Shown here in pieces: positions 1 through 12,632 of a stretch of DNA of 64,000 bases. The stretch's first letter is position 1. Every line of letters begins with the position of its first letter. The position numbers were made by a program, and so were the translations under genes. The stretch lies in assembly GCF_006345805.1 (NCBI RefSeq), contig NC_043010.1, forward strand, positions 20,274,001 to 20,338,000, given 5' to 3'. This DNA comes from Octopus sinensis. Its lineage: Eukaryota. The notes beneath the pieces were generated by a model, which was not told where the DNA came from, did not search any database, and worked only from the letters and a program-made list of their open reading frames with translations.

Positions 1-420
1 AGTAGAAGTAGTAGTAGTAATAGTAGTAGTAGTAGTAGAAGCAGCAGCAGCAGCAGCTGTAGCAGTAGTAGTAGTAATAGTAGTAGTAGCAGTAGTTGTA
101 GAAGTAGTAGTAGTAATAGTAGTAGTAGTAGTAGTAATAGCAGTAGTAGTTATAGTTCTGACTGTTGTAGAAGGGTGGTGACAGTGGTAGTGTTAGTTGT
201 GGTGGTGGTTGAGACGATGGTTTGGTGGTAGTGGTGGTGGTGTTGTCGCAGTAACAATACTTAAACAGTATGGTGGAAATGTTAGTCGTGATGGTGGTTG
301 TGGTTGCTATAGTAATGGTATAAAGATTCTGGCTGTAGTTTGATGGAAATAGTTACAGTAGCCATAAAGTGGTAGTTTAGACTAAAGTAGAGTGGTGGTT
401 ATCGTTATTGTAGTATAGGT
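1..420. repeat. (AGT)n/(GCA)n/(GGT)n triplet low-complexity tract
   Basis: Directly visible triplet repeats decaying to the right. Confidence 0.95.
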
Positions 421-451
421 TCTAGTCTCATCTGTTGTACAGTAATGTCTT

Positions 452-933
452 TACGAGGGGGTGGGGCTGGAAAGTTCCTGGCTTTGGGCAAAAGAAAATA
501 GGGGAGGGTCAGTTATGATCTTGGAGTAAAGGTTGTTTACCAACATAACATGGCAGTCATGGTTTAGGACGAATGTTGCTGTAATTTAGCCCCAGGAGAC
601 ATCGTCTCCAGCTGGCTATACGACACGATCTGTGTCCTTATATTTTTGAACAAGGGAATCTAGCACCCCCACTCAGCTATTGTTTTGAGCTGAGTTGGGG
701 CTGGCAAACAATCTTTCCTCCAAAGTACTGTTGCTGAATGTCCCTCGTTGTGAGGTTTAAAAATAGTAATTTTCTAATTATGATTTATCAAACATTTCCC
801 CTTCTCAGATTCACACAGTTATTGTTGTGGTCCTTTGGTTTTTCTAAGCCCTGTAAAAGAACTTGGAAGGTTGGGTCTCCAGCCAGGCCTTTCGGGATTC
901 CCTTAAAGCCAGGAACTTTTCAACATCCTCATA
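452..933. mobile_element. Tc1/mariner-type MITE with TIRs and TA target duplication
   Basis: Left end TACGAGGGG...AAAGTTCCTGGCTTT; right end AAAGCCAGGAACTTTTCAACATCCTCATA is its imperfect reverse complement. No transposase. Confidence 0.7.
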
Positions 934-1039
934 GATTACACAAAACTGCAGTAGTGGTTGCTGTGGTGGAAGAGAAGCTGATCAAGCACAGGTATTGAAC
1001 CTGGAACAGAGGATCTACAGCACATACTCCTGTGAAGGC

Positions 1040-1270
1040 TCGTGGTTTAGTGGTTAGGGTGTTGGACTCATGATTATAAGATTGTGGCTTCAATTCCTGA
1101 TTGTAAGATTGTGGTTTCAATTTATGCATTGTGTTCTTGAGCAAGACACTTCATTTCACATTGCTCCAGTCCACTCAGCTGGTCAAAATGAGTGACCCTG
1201 CAAGGGACTGGTGTCCCATCCAGGTGGGGAAGATACATGCCATGAAATTGGCTCATATGACTCCGGTATA
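1040..1270 (+). mobile_element. tRNA-derived SINE (family E), decayed
   Basis: Head GTGGTTTAGTGGTTAGGGTGTTGG (A-box-like), then TTCTTGAGCAAGACACTT...CCACTCAGCTG as in the 16400-16738 copy. Confidence 0.65.
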
Positions 1271-1399
1271 ACTTGAGAAGGTAAGCTTTACAGTTAGGCA
1301 CTTTTAAGATCCTCTCCCATCTGCACTGTCTTCATTTTGAAAAAAAGGAAATCTCACTTGGTTGACCCTCCTCCTGATGACGATGACGACGATGATGAT

Positions 1400-1925
1400 G
1401 ATTGTCATCGTCATCATCATCATCATCATCATCATTGTTGTCACCATCACCTAACATGTTTCCCATGCTGGTATGAGTTAGATCAGTGGTTCTCAACAAG
1501 GGTCCATAGCGACCCTTGGTGGGTGGGGTGGGGCAGCCCATGTCAAATTTTGTTGCTAAAATTTTGGAGCCGTAAAATTATTTTTACTTCTACAATACAC
1601 AAAACATTTCAACAATTCTGTTTTTTATAAAATTCCTAAGAATATTTTTAATTATAAAAACATAACAAGAAGATTCCTTAAACATTGAATGGCTTTAGCG
1701 GTCTAGTTGAGCAAAACAGGAATCAAAGGGGTCCATAGACAAAAAGGAGTCAAGGACTACTGGGTTGGCAAGACCTGGAAACCCACAGGGTTGCCTTGAG
1801 TTCCACTGTCTGATTTGGGATGGTTTCTACAGCTGGGTGTGTCCTTCCTGATGCTAATCACTCTACAGACTGCACTTGGTGCTTTTATGTGGCACCTGCA
1901 CTAGTGAGGTTGCCAAGTACATGGA
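1400..1925 (-). mobile_element. RTE LINE 3' end interrupted by a hAT-like MITE
   Basis: (CAT)n tail plus CCATGCTGG, resuming after 1762 with TTTCTACAGCTGG; same family as 41440-42660. Confidence 0.65.
1484..1762. mobile_element. hAT-like MITE (CAGTGGTTCTCAAC ends); relatives near 24570-24742, 31977-32241, 43581-44012
   Basis: Starts CAGTGGTTCTCAAC. The other copies end GGTTGAGAAC..TG, and shared internal AAACATTGAATGGC/GGGGTCC blocks occur at 1484, 31977 and 43581. Confidence 0.65.
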
Positions 1926-2599
1926 AGAACTAGAAAAAGGTAAAAAAAAAGGGGGGGGGGCAAAGGAAAGTGGTGGGGAAAGGGAAAAGACCCTTGACTG
2001 AATGGGGTAGGTTTAGGGGCATTTGAGAAGGGGTGGGGAGGTTGCTATTGTTTAGATCACTTTAACTCTTTGTTAACATTTATATGGAGATATACTACGG
2101 TCGGTCGGTGGGTCTTTTTCCATTTATTTTAGAAGCAATAAAGAATATATCAAAATGTCTTTTGTCATTGTTTAATTTGGTGTTTGGAACATGAAATTTT
2201 GGAGGGAGGTTTTAATTTAGATAAACTTTAAAACAGGAAGCTCGTAACTTAGGAACAGAGGCAGTTACAATGGGTCCGTGTCAAAAAAAAAAAAGAAAAA
2301 AAGGGGGCCCATTTCCTCTTCAGGCAAATTTTATCTGCTAATTGCATGGGAAATATCAGTAAACCAAAGTTTTTCAACAATCCCTTTCTTCTAGAGCAAA
2401 CTAATAAAAAAACAAACAAACAAAAATATCATGTTTCCTGTCAACATCTCTTGACATCTGTCAAGCCCCCCCCCCACACATACACACACACACATGCACA
2501 CACACACACACACACACACACAACATGTTTTCTTTTGTGAGAAATATAAAGAAGCTTCTTAAAACCTTCCACTAAGTGTAATGCTATCATGAAATTTTA

Positions 2600-2870
2600 T
2601 CCATAGCACTATGATGAGAGCTAATCCATAGAACTTCTATGAGAGTTAATCCACAGTACTATTATGCGAGCTAATCCATTGCACTATTATGAGAACTAAC
2701 CCATAAAATTATTATGAGAGCTAATCCATAACCATACTATGAGGACTAATCCATAGCAGCACTACTATGAGAGATAAATCATAGCTGTACTATGAGAGCT
2801 AATTTGTAGTGTTGCTATGGGAAATAATCTGTAACACTACTATGGGAGATAATCCATAGCACTATTATAA
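2600..2870. repeat. 25-bp minisatellite, about 11 diverged units
   Basis: Consensus CCATAGCACTATTATGAGAGCTAAT. Confidence 0.85.
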
Positions 2871-2876
2871 GATATA

Positions 2877-3100
2877 TATTTCTTTACTGCCCACAAGAGG
2901 CTAAACATAGAGGGGACAAACAAGGACAAAGGGATTAAGTCGATTACATCGACCCCAGTGTGAAACTGGTACTTTATTTATTGACCCCGAAAAGATGAAA
3001 GGCAAAGTTGACCTCGGCGGAATTTGAACTCAGAACGTAGCGGCAGACGAAATACCGTTAAGCATTTTGCCTGGCATGCTAACGTTTCTGCCAGCTCGCC
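2877..3100 (-). mobile_element. Full-length SINE family C with 14-bp TSD
   Basis: GGCGAGCTGGCAGAAACGTTAGC head and GTCAACTTTGCCTTTCATC core; TATTATAAGATATA flanks at 2863-2876 and 3101-3114. Confidence 0.9.
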
Positions 3101-3484
3101 TATTATAAGATATAGATGATAGAATTACTATGAAAGCTAATCTGATGTTAGACTGGTCCTTCCCAATCTTTTCACCACCAAGGTTTACTCAGCCATCACT
3201 CACAAGTCAGTGTGATAGATGTAGCATGCTTTTGGGAATTGTTTTGTGCTTCTGTTTTTGTTGTGATAAACAGACAGATATACTCTCTCAGTCCTTCCAT
3301 CCTTGCCCCAGAGGAATATCAAGGACATGGCAGGCTGTCCCATCATGCGTCCAGTATTCCTTTCGGCTGAGTAGACTGCAGCTCAACGGGGAGTAAAAAA
3401 ACCAAACCATTCTGTCTGATTCAGGAATTGAACCCAAGACACACAGTGTGTCTAGGGTTACATTATTCAATGAGTTTCTTTCTT

Positions 3485-3778
3485 TCTTGATGATGATGTG
3501 ATGATGATGATGATGACAGATACAATCTCTAATGTCATGGATGGTGACAATGATGCTGCTGTCGCTGATGATAATGATGAGAATGAGGATGATGACAAAG
3601 ATGATGATGATGATGATGATGACGACGATGACGATGATGATGATGACGACGATGACAATGATGATGATGATGACGATGATGATGATAATGATGTAAAATA
3701 TGTTTACAGAATTAAAAAACAAGTAAAACCCAAACAGAAAATAAAAGACAAGAGAAAAGGCTGCCCCACCCTCCACAT

Positions 3779-3827
<49 letters not shown>

Positions 3828-3830
3828 AAA
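3485..3830. repeat. (GAT)n then (CA)n microsatellites
   Basis: Directly visible; source of the poly-D/S/I ORFs. Confidence 0.95.
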
Positions 3831-3855
3831 GCCAAAGAAAAGTAATGGCACATAC

Positions 3856-3954
3856 CTCTGAAGTCTTCTGTTCTTTGAAATAATGTTTAATGGATGGATT
3901 CCTGGCAATGTTATGAAGGATGCTGAGTGAAGCTTTGATGATGTAATGAACATT
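3856..3954 (-). CDS. Coding exon D of the same gene; gene continues left of the window
   Basis: Acceptor tttttctttctttttccAG|, donor GAG|GTATGT. 99 nt, phase 0-0: NVHYIIKASLSILHNIARNPSIKHYFKEQKTSE, with ARM-like LSILHNIA. Confidence 0.9.
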
Positions 3955-4389
3955 CTGGAAAAAGAAAGAAAAATGGAATCTTTGACTTGTTTTAAGAGGT
4001 TTGACATTTTCTAAGGAACCATTCTGTGTCTTTACATGTGTGCAAAAGACTCTCAAAGATTCGGCTCCAAACTTTGACATACAAGAAAGAATGAAGATAA
4101 AGAATTCCTCAAATCTTCAGGAGCCTTTCAGCTGTGCTTTTGACATTCAACCTTTTCATTACCCTATTTCTGTTGAGGAACTCTGCTTTTATTACAAGTA
4201 ATTTTCGAAAATAATGAAGGATTTAACTTTGCCATAATTAACCCTTCTGTTATATTTCTATTGAAATTCCTCTGCTTTGGTTTCAAGTAATTCTGAAAAT
4301 AATGAATTTTGAAAAAAAAGGAAAAAAACATTGCCATTGTCATCAAATTTCTGTTGAAGAACGCAGCTTTTGTAACGAGTAATTTTAAA

Positions 4390-5195
4390 AATAATTCTTT
4401 GCTTTAATTCTTTTACTTGTTTCAGTCATTTGACTGCGGCCATGCTGGAGCAACACCTTTAGTGGAACAAATCAACCCCAGGATTTATTCTTTGTAAGCC
4501 TGGCACTTATTCTATCGGACTCTTTTGCTGAACTACTGCTAAGTAACGGGGATGTAAACACACCAAACACTGGTTGTCAAGTGATGGTGGGGGGGGGACA
4601 CAAACACAGACATAAAGACTCACAAACATATATACATACATATATATATATATATCATCATCGTTTAATGTTCGCTTTCCATGCTGGCATGGGTTGGACG
4701 ATTTGACTGAGGTCTGGCGAACCAGAAGGCTGCACCAGACTCCAATCTGATCTGTGCCAGTAAGGCGACGCGGATAACGATCCCGCTTGAATGGTGTATT
4801 TTATGTGCCATCGGCACAGAGGCCGGCTTGTTGCTCTGGCAACAGTCACACTCATATGGTACTCTTAGCGCTCCACTAGCACGGATGCCAGTCATTGAAT
4901 TTGATTTCGATTTTGATTTCACTTGCCTCAACAGGTCTTCACAAGCAGAGTTTAGTGTCCAACGAAGGAAAGTTATGCAGTGGTGCTTTTCCCTGGCATG
5001 AACCCAAACTGCGTCTCATCTATATATGGCAGGCTTCTTTCAGTTTCCATCTACCAAATCCACTCACAATACTTTGGTCAGTCAAAGGCAATAGCAGAAG
5101 ACACTTTCGCAAGGTGCCATGCAGTGGTACTGAACACAGAACCATGTGGTTGGGAAGCAAGCTTCCTACCACACACCCACACCTGCACCTATAAT
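4390..5195 (-). mobile_element. SINE family B split by an RTE LINE 3' fragment (about 4655-5010)
   Basis: SINE 3' half at 4390-4650 and head at 5020-5195; the RTE tail (CAT)n-CGTTTAATG lies between, inside the SINE's internal microsatellite. Confidence 0.75.
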
Positions 5196-5634
5196 GAAGA
5201 ATTTTTGTAGAATATCTTTGTAATAAGCTAATGTTTGGAACACAAATCAGCAGAACCTTTTGATGGAAACTTTAATTTAAATCATTTTCTAAAAAAGTAA
5301 GTTTGTAGAACCAGGGATGGTCACAAATGAGCTGCTTATGAAAAAGATTAAGGGCGTACAATTATAAAAGTGCTTTGTAAAATATTTACCAAACTTTACT
5401 ACAGTTTTTTATTCTGACACTTTTAAAAGGTACTTTGATAGTTTTTCTTTCTTGTACCTCAGATCAGCCATTTGTAAAAGACTGCAACCAGACTAGATCA
5501 GCTTTTTATAACTTGTTGATCCACCAGTTATCAGAATTGAACTGGCATAAAAATGGATCAAAACAATACCGGATTCTTGGAAATCCTTAGAGATGTGAAA
5601 TGGCTGAAAACGAGTAAAAGAATAAAGGAAAGAA

Positions 5635-6207
5635 AAGAATGTGTGTGTGTGTGTGTATGTGTGTGTGTGTGTGTTTGTGTGTATATGTGTGTGTATGTGT
5701 GTGTCTGTATGTGTGTGTGTGTATGTGTGTGTATGTGTGTGTATATGTGTGTGTGTGTGTGTATGTGTGTGTGTGTGTGTATATGTGTGTTTGTGTATGT
5801 GTGTGTGTATGTGTGTGTATGTGTGTATGTGTGTGTGCCAGTGTTTCTTTGTCTTGACACTGAGTGACAGTTGCAAATGAATGTCATATATGTTTGGCCC
5901 TGGAGGGGAAATATTACCTTACTTGGAAACAGGTGAGGGTTAGCAACAGGAAGGGCATCCAGCTGTAGAAAAGCTGTCTTGGTTATAAATTCTGTTTTAC
6001 CCATGCAAGCATGGGAAAGTGGATCTTATAACAATGATGGTGGTAATTATATATTATATTCAATATATAGGTAAATTTATATCTATCCATACATCTATCT
6101 GTCTTTCTGTTTATTTATCTCTGTCTGTCTGTCTGCCTATCTGTCTGTCTGTTTGTCTATCTATCTATCTATCTATCTGTCTATCTGTCTATCTATCTAT
6201 CTGTCTG

Positions 6208-6258
<51 letters not shown>

Positions 6259-6287
6259 GTCTATCTGTCTATCTATCTATCTGTCTG

Positions 6288-6326
<39 letters not shown>

Positions 6327-6355
6327 GTCTATCTGTCTATCTATCTATCTGTCTG

Positions 6356-6388
<33 letters not shown>

Positions 6389-6429
6389 TTATCTATCTGT
6401 CTATCTATCTGCCCCTCTCTCTCTCTCTC

Positions 6430-6482
<53 letters not shown>
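5635..6482. repeat. Compound (TG)n/(TATG)n, (CTAT)n/(CTGT)n, (CT)n and (TA)n arrays, with a short RTE tail at about 5880-6040
   Basis: Directly visible. Confidence 0.9.
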
Positions 6483-6485
<3 letters not shown>

Positions 6486-6569
6486 TAAGAAAACAGCAAC
6501 ACTCAATATATTTCTAGTAAAGAGCTATTAGTGGAACAGGAAAGTTTAGTGCCTCGTTGTCCATGCAAC

Positions 6570-6830
6570 CACATTGCACATCCATTGGAGCATGCTAGTT
6601 TCATTTCTTTCTCATCTTCCCAAGTCCTCTCTACTCACTCTCCATGTCTCACTACCATGCAGCATTGCAATTCATACACAAGCATCATACAATCTATTTT
6701 TCACTCTGAATGAGCTCACCGAACTTTCTCCAAACAATACTTTCAGAACATCCACCCCCATTGCTAATTAAGGTAACCTAGGAAACAAGCTATCTACAAC
6801 CTATAGGGATACCCCTGGGTATCTGAGGAA
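6570..6830 (-). mobile_element. Decayed RTE ORF2 fragment
   Basis: CATGCTAGTTTCATTTCTTTC...CATCATACAATCTATTTTTCACTCTGA resembles the better preserved copy at 63225-63350. Confidence 0.55.
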
Positions 6831-6949
6831 GTTTATTTACCGTATGTATGTATGTATGTATGTATGTATGTATGTATAATGTATGTATGTATAATGTATG
6901 TATGTATGTATGTATGTATGTATGTATGTATGTATGTATGTATGTATGA

Positions 6950-7318
6950 AATCAAAGCTGCAATTTAAGAACTGTGTCAAGTCCTCATTAAAGGCCTGTG
7001 ATATGCAGGAGACTGACTGGAGAGTAATGCCTGTCATCGCCACAGATGGAGGAAGCAGGTTAAGGAGGGGTCGACACTTTTGAGAGAGCACGTATTCTGC
7101 ATGAAGAACTTAAGCGTGTTGCTCGAAAGTGCACTGCTTGTGTAGTGAATGCAGGAAAGCTTGGTTTGCAATGTTTGCAGTTGTGTATGCTTGTCAAGAG
7201 CAGGGCTCATTAGCCACCAGCAGAGCCTCAAATGCAAAATATTAGTCCTAGAGCGCACAATGTTCCTGATGGTCAGCAATGGTCTTCCTCGGCCACGAGT
7301 GGACAGCCATCATCATGT
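6950..7318 (+). mobile_element. RTE-BovB-like LINE 3' end
   Basis: Frameshifted KLQFKNCVKSSLKAC...RWRKQVKEG...LVCNVCSCVCLSRAGLISH (C2H2-like), ending GGACAGCCATCATCAT. Confidence 0.75.
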
Positions 7319-7398
7319 ATATGTGTATGGATATCCTTATGGATGTGTGCATGTATGTACAGATGTACATATGTATATGTGTATGTATGCAAACATGC

Positions 7399-7433
<35 letters not shown>

Positions 7434-8676
7434 TATGAATGTACATATGTATGTAGGTATATATGTATGCATGACTGTAAGTATGTGTGCACATATGTAT
7501 GCTAATATGTGACACACATATAAATATACATGCGTGTGTATGTGTGTGTGCATATATGTGTGTTTGTACAGCTTCCTTAGAGTTTTTGTCAACCAAGTTC
7601 AGTGTCAAAGCTTTGCTCAGAGTGGGGTTACAGAAGAAGACAACTTACCCAAGGTACCCCACGGTGGAATGGAACCCAAAACTATGTAATCATGAAGTAA
7701 ACTTCTTAACCAAAAGGCCATACTCAGAGATTAAATAAACTTATTTAATTATCCTTAATTTCTTTATAACTAATTGAATGATAAATAAATAAAGAGATCT
7801 GCTGAAGCCAGGTTTTTGCTGTTCTGATTCTCAGTACTCAGTTACCAAAAGTTAAACAAACTGAGAGATTTTAATTAGAGTTGTTTAATTGTTCTACTTT
7901 TTTTTGGCACTAATTGGATGAGAAATAAATCTGTGACTGTAGCGGAAACCAAATTATTGCTGCTAACTTCCTCGGTATTCAGCCTGCTAAATTCAAATAT
8001 TTTCGTCAGGGGACATAAGTGCAGTACTGATGACAGGATGTGAACTGGTGACCTCTTAGTCAACAGAAAAGATTTATTATAATTAAACAAATGGAAAAAA
8101 AAAACCCAAAATAAAAAAGTAAGACTAAAACTCCATCAACAATTCTAGTCTGGCTGGATAAGTGCCATTTAATGCAATTTTAACATTGCCAAACTATTGA
8201 CTGTGTTTACACAATGAATAAGAGAGGATTTTTTTCTGTCAATATTGATGAATTTGTATCGAATTACTTAGAAATTGCCAAGTCTACAGGGGTTTCGTAA
8301 TGCACACAACAAAATGAGGGCCTGTTAGTTATTTGGTTTAAGTGCATATGTGAAATTTCAGCCTGGAAATGATATTGGTTTGGTCCTAATCAGTATGGCA
8401 TAACTTTGGAAATTCTTCAAGACAAGTTCTGTTCTATAGCAAATGTGACAAAATGATTTCCAACAGAAATCCAGTTGGGAAAATGGGTTCAAGTTTAGTT
8501 TTGGAGGTCATATGAAGGGTCTTCTGTTTATTAGTTGTTCTGCTTTAGTTATGGTTCTCAGTTGCTGAGTGGGTAGAGAATAATAAAATGATGATGATGA
8601 TAAGAGGAAAAGAAGGAGTATAGTGGTGATGATGATGAGAGTGATGATGATTTATATATCTGCATTCCATATCTGA

Positions 8677-8757
8677 GGCTCTGATGAAGATATAAGATGT
8701 TTCTTAAGCACTCAATTATGAGTCTACTACATCTTACTGCAGAAACAGCTGTAAGCT
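8677..8757 (+). ncRNA. Hammerhead-ribozyme-like motif (type I), partly decayed
   Basis: GGCT-CTGATGA-...TAAGATG/CATCTTA stem II...-GAAA-CAGCTG-TA-AGCT. Confidence 0.55.
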
Positions 8758-9028
8758 AATGCAGTTGACAAGATAATCACTTATTCTTTTGTCATCTCAT
8801 TTTCTTACATACATGCATATATATATATATATATATAATATATATATAATAAAATAAATATAAGAGAGTGGTCACTATATGGCTCACTCTCTTATATTTA
8901 TTTTGTAAAAATATTATAATATATTATAAAATATTATAATAATCCAGGTTTCTCGGAGCACTAGGCCACTTGGTGTTGAATAGATATACTATTAAATTAG
9001 TATCTAATTCTCTCACCCTTATTAATTA

Positions 9029-9085
<57 letters not shown>

Positions 9086-9609
9086 GGGTCATATTCTCAA
9101 GCAAATAGTCTGACATCATAGTACAAATAATTTACAAGCCAATAAAAGATGTCCTTGCAATCAGCCAATTGGTCAGAGTTAATGACCAATCATTAATGTG
9201 GACACATGCTGTGTGTGAATATGCTCTTTCTGATGGCCGATGAAAAACAAGGACTTTTGTGAGTTGCATATTTGGTACTGCATCCTTTATGGATTTTGTA
9301 AGGGTAAAATGTTTAGAGAAAACCTATGCACTGTATACACTGGTGCTGTGTGTTCAGAGATGCCAATGGAGTTTAACAAATTCAAACCAATGTTTTCACT
9401 TTTTTGGGTATTGATGAAGAAGACCAAATGTTTGATATGATTATGCAGAGAAAACAACATTTGAGGTGGATCTACATCAAAGTATTGGTGGGGATTTATC
9501 CTAGAAGCTTAATAAACTTTGGTCTATTGTGTAAGATAATCTCAAGCAGATTAGGAAAGCATAGAGAGAAGGGAAGTGGCTACCTGCGGATAAAGCAGAG
9601 TGTTAAACG

Positions 9610-10575
9610 ATTTGCTGGCACTGGTATCACAACTACAATTTCCATTGATTGTTTTGATTGACTACAGTTTCCATCGAAATCGATCAAAAAATCAATGGAA
9701 ATTGTAGTTGTGATACCAGTGCCGGTGGCACATAAAAAGATCCATCCGAATGTGTCCGTTGCCAGCGCAGCCTCGACTGGCCTCCATGCCAGTGGCACGT
9801 AAAAAGCACCAACTGATCGTGGCCATTGCCAGCCTTTCCTGGCACCTGTGCCGGTGGCATGTAAAAAGCACCCACTACACTCACGGAGTGGTTGGCATTA
9901 GGAAGGGCATCCAGCTGTAGAAACACTGCCAGATTAGACTGGAGCCTGGTTCAGCCTCCTGGCTTCCCAGACCCTGGTCAAACCATCCAACCCATGCTAG
10001 CATGGAAAACGGACATTAACCGATGATGATGATGATGAAATGAATAAACACCTTTCTTAATTGAATTGCAATAGGCAATGAGAAATGGATAATTGATGTC
10101 AAAAATAAATGTAAGAAACTGTGTTTTTTTTTTGGTGTGTAAAAAGCACCATTTGAGTGTGGTCAATGCCAGTGCTGCCTGACTGCCCCCCCCCCCCATG
10201 CCGGTAGCGTATAAAAAGCACCATTCGAACATGGTCAGTGCCAGTGCTACCTGACTGACCCCTGTGCTGGTGGCATGTAAAAGGCACCTTTTGAGCATGG
10301 TTGATGCCAGCGTCCCCTGAGTAGCTCCTGTGCCGATGGCACATAAAAAGCACCATTCGAGCATGGTTGATGCTAATGCTACCTGATTGGCTCCTGTGCT
10401 GGTGGCATATAAAAAGCACCCACTACACTTTCAGAGTGGTTGGCGTTAGGAAGGGCATCCAGCTGTAGAAACCTTGCCAGATCAGATTGGAGCTTGGTGC
10501 AGCCTCCTGGCCTGCCAGTCCTCAGTCAAACCGTCCAACCCAGCATGGAAAGTGGACATTAAACAATGATGATGA
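9610..10575 (+). mobile_element. Two adjacent RTE LINE 3'-end copies
   Basis: Each ends GGAAGGGCATCCAGCTGTAGAAA...CATGGAAA...(GAT)n, at about 10040 and 10575. Confidence 0.85.
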
Positions 10576-10870
10576 GTGGTTAGAGCATTTGGCTCATGAC
10601 TTTAAGGCCATGTGTTCAATTCCCAGCAGTGCAGTGAGTCCTTGAGCAAGACACTTTATTTGACATCAGCCCAGTTCACTTAGCTGGAAAAAGTGAGTTG
10701 TCCCTTTCAAAGGTGTCATCACATTCTGTGTCATATTGAATCTCCCTGAAAATTATGTTAAGAGCACACATGTCTGTGGAGTGCTCAGCCACTTGCGCAT
10801 TAATTTTGTGTGCAGGCTGTTCCATAGATCGGATTAACTGGAAACCTTGTTGTTGTAACCAATGGAGGGC
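10575..10870 (+). mobile_element. tRNA-derived SINE (D/E hybrid type); another at about 22255-22575
   Basis: GAGTGGTTAGAGC head, CTTGAGCAAGACACTTTATTT block, GTGGAGTGCTCAGCCACTTG block. Confidence 0.65.
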
Positions 10871-10904
10871 CACACCAAATAAAAATCCAGTTCCAACAGC
10901 CAAG

Positions 10905-11365
10905 ACAGATTTAAGGCCAAAGCATATTTTGCTGTGCCTTTGGTGGAATACAATAAGTTTTATCCATTATAAATTATTGAAAAGGGCAAAAAGTAGAACC
11001 ACAGAAATTTATTGTCAACAACTTGAATATGTTGATCAAGTTTTTCTCTAAAAAACAACCAGCTCTATTCAACAGACGGTGAGTCATCCTACAACATAAC
11101 AAACAATCCAAGGCCACCTCGTAACCCAAGGAATTCATGAGGCTGACAAGCACTTTCTCACACCCCACCATCTCCTTCATCACCAGACCGAGCGCCATCA
11201 GTTTTCATTTATGCATTTGAATATTTTACAAGTGGAATAACATTCAGAAGAAGGAATGACGTCAAAATGGTATTCCAAATGTTTTTCTCTTCTAAAGAAC
11301 CTGATATTTTTTGTCTGAAGAATCAGAAAACTAGTTTTTAGGTGGGAAAATGTTATTTGCAACAC
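10905..11365 (+). pseudogene. Mariner (DD34D-type) transposase relic
   Basis: KHILLCLWWN..IHYKLL..IYCQQL..KQPALFNRR*VILQH resembles the mariner LCVWW/YCQQL/HDNA region. Later NDVKMVFQMFFSSKEPD..RWENVI. Stops and frameshifts present. Confidence 0.75.
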
Positions 11366-11872
11366 ATGCATACACACACATATATACACACATGCACACA
11401 CATATACATACATGCATACATTTATACACACACATACATACATACACACACACATACATACATACACACACATACATACATACACACACATACATACATA
11501 CACATACATACACACACACATACATACATACACACACATACATACATACATACACACATACATACACACACATACATACACAAACACATACATACACACA
11601 CACACATACATACACACACATACATACATACACACACATACATACATACATACATACACACATACATACACACACATACATACACAAACACATACATACA
11701 CGCACATACATACATACACACACATACATACATACACACACACACATACATACACACAAATACATACATACACACAAATACATACATACACACACATACA
11801 TACATACACACAAATACATACATACACACACATACATACACACATACATACACACAAACACATACATACATC
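11365..11872. repeat. (CATA)n/(CA)n compound microsatellite
   Basis: Directly visible; source of six HTYI/MCV ORFs. Confidence 0.97.
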
Positions 11873-12411
11873 AGCTTTTAAGCTAGTATATAGCTTTTGA
11901 GCAACTTTAAAACAGCTGAATGGTCAGATCTGCAAACAGATCTCTCACTTGTTTTGAAGAATTTGTTCCAACTGCTTCCCCCAGAGTCAGATATGAATGA
12001 AGATCATATTCGTCGCAAAAAATTATGCAAACAAAATTGCCGAAAACAATCGCAGTAATGAAAACATAGAAATCCCAAATTTCAAGATAATGGGTCTGGA
12101 TTCAGCTTGGAATGTTTTTAATTTACTCAGAGTTAGCCTTTAGATTATAAAGATTGTTATCCTACAAGAAAATTTGTTGCAAAAAGTTACGTAAAAAAAA
12201 AAAATCTCCGTTAACAGTTGCTGTAATGAAAACTTGGGAATCCAAAATTTCAGGATTGTGGATTCGGATTTGACCTGGAATGTTTTGAATTTATTCATGG
12301 AGTCAGCCTGATTTGAAAATGGTATAATATGTTGGGATATGGCATCTAGGAGTAAAGTTGAAAAAGTGTGACTCACTGACACACTGACATTCACATTTAT
12401 TATATTATATT

Positions 12412-12632
12412 AAGGTGGTGAGCTGACAGAATTGTTAGCATGCTGGGCAAAATGCTTAGTGGTATTTTGTCTGCCGTTAGGTTTTGAGTTCGAATTCCAC
12501 CGAGGTCGACTTTGCCTTTCATCCTTTTGGGGTCAATAAAATTACTACCAGTTATGTATTGGGGTCGATGTAATCGACTTAATCCCTTCTCCCAAAGCTT
12601 GAGGCCTTGTGCTTCCAGTAGAAAGGATTTAT
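12412..12632 (+). mobile_element. SINE family C, alternative-tail subtype
   Basis: Same head and core as 2877-3100 but ending CCCAAAGCTTGAGGCCTTGTGCTTCCAGTAGAAAGGATT. Confidence 0.8.

Noticed and set aside
3288-3420. Next coding exon after exon D
   Set aside because: No frame combines a phase-0 acceptor, an open reading and a donor. I found no further exon between 1 and 3855.
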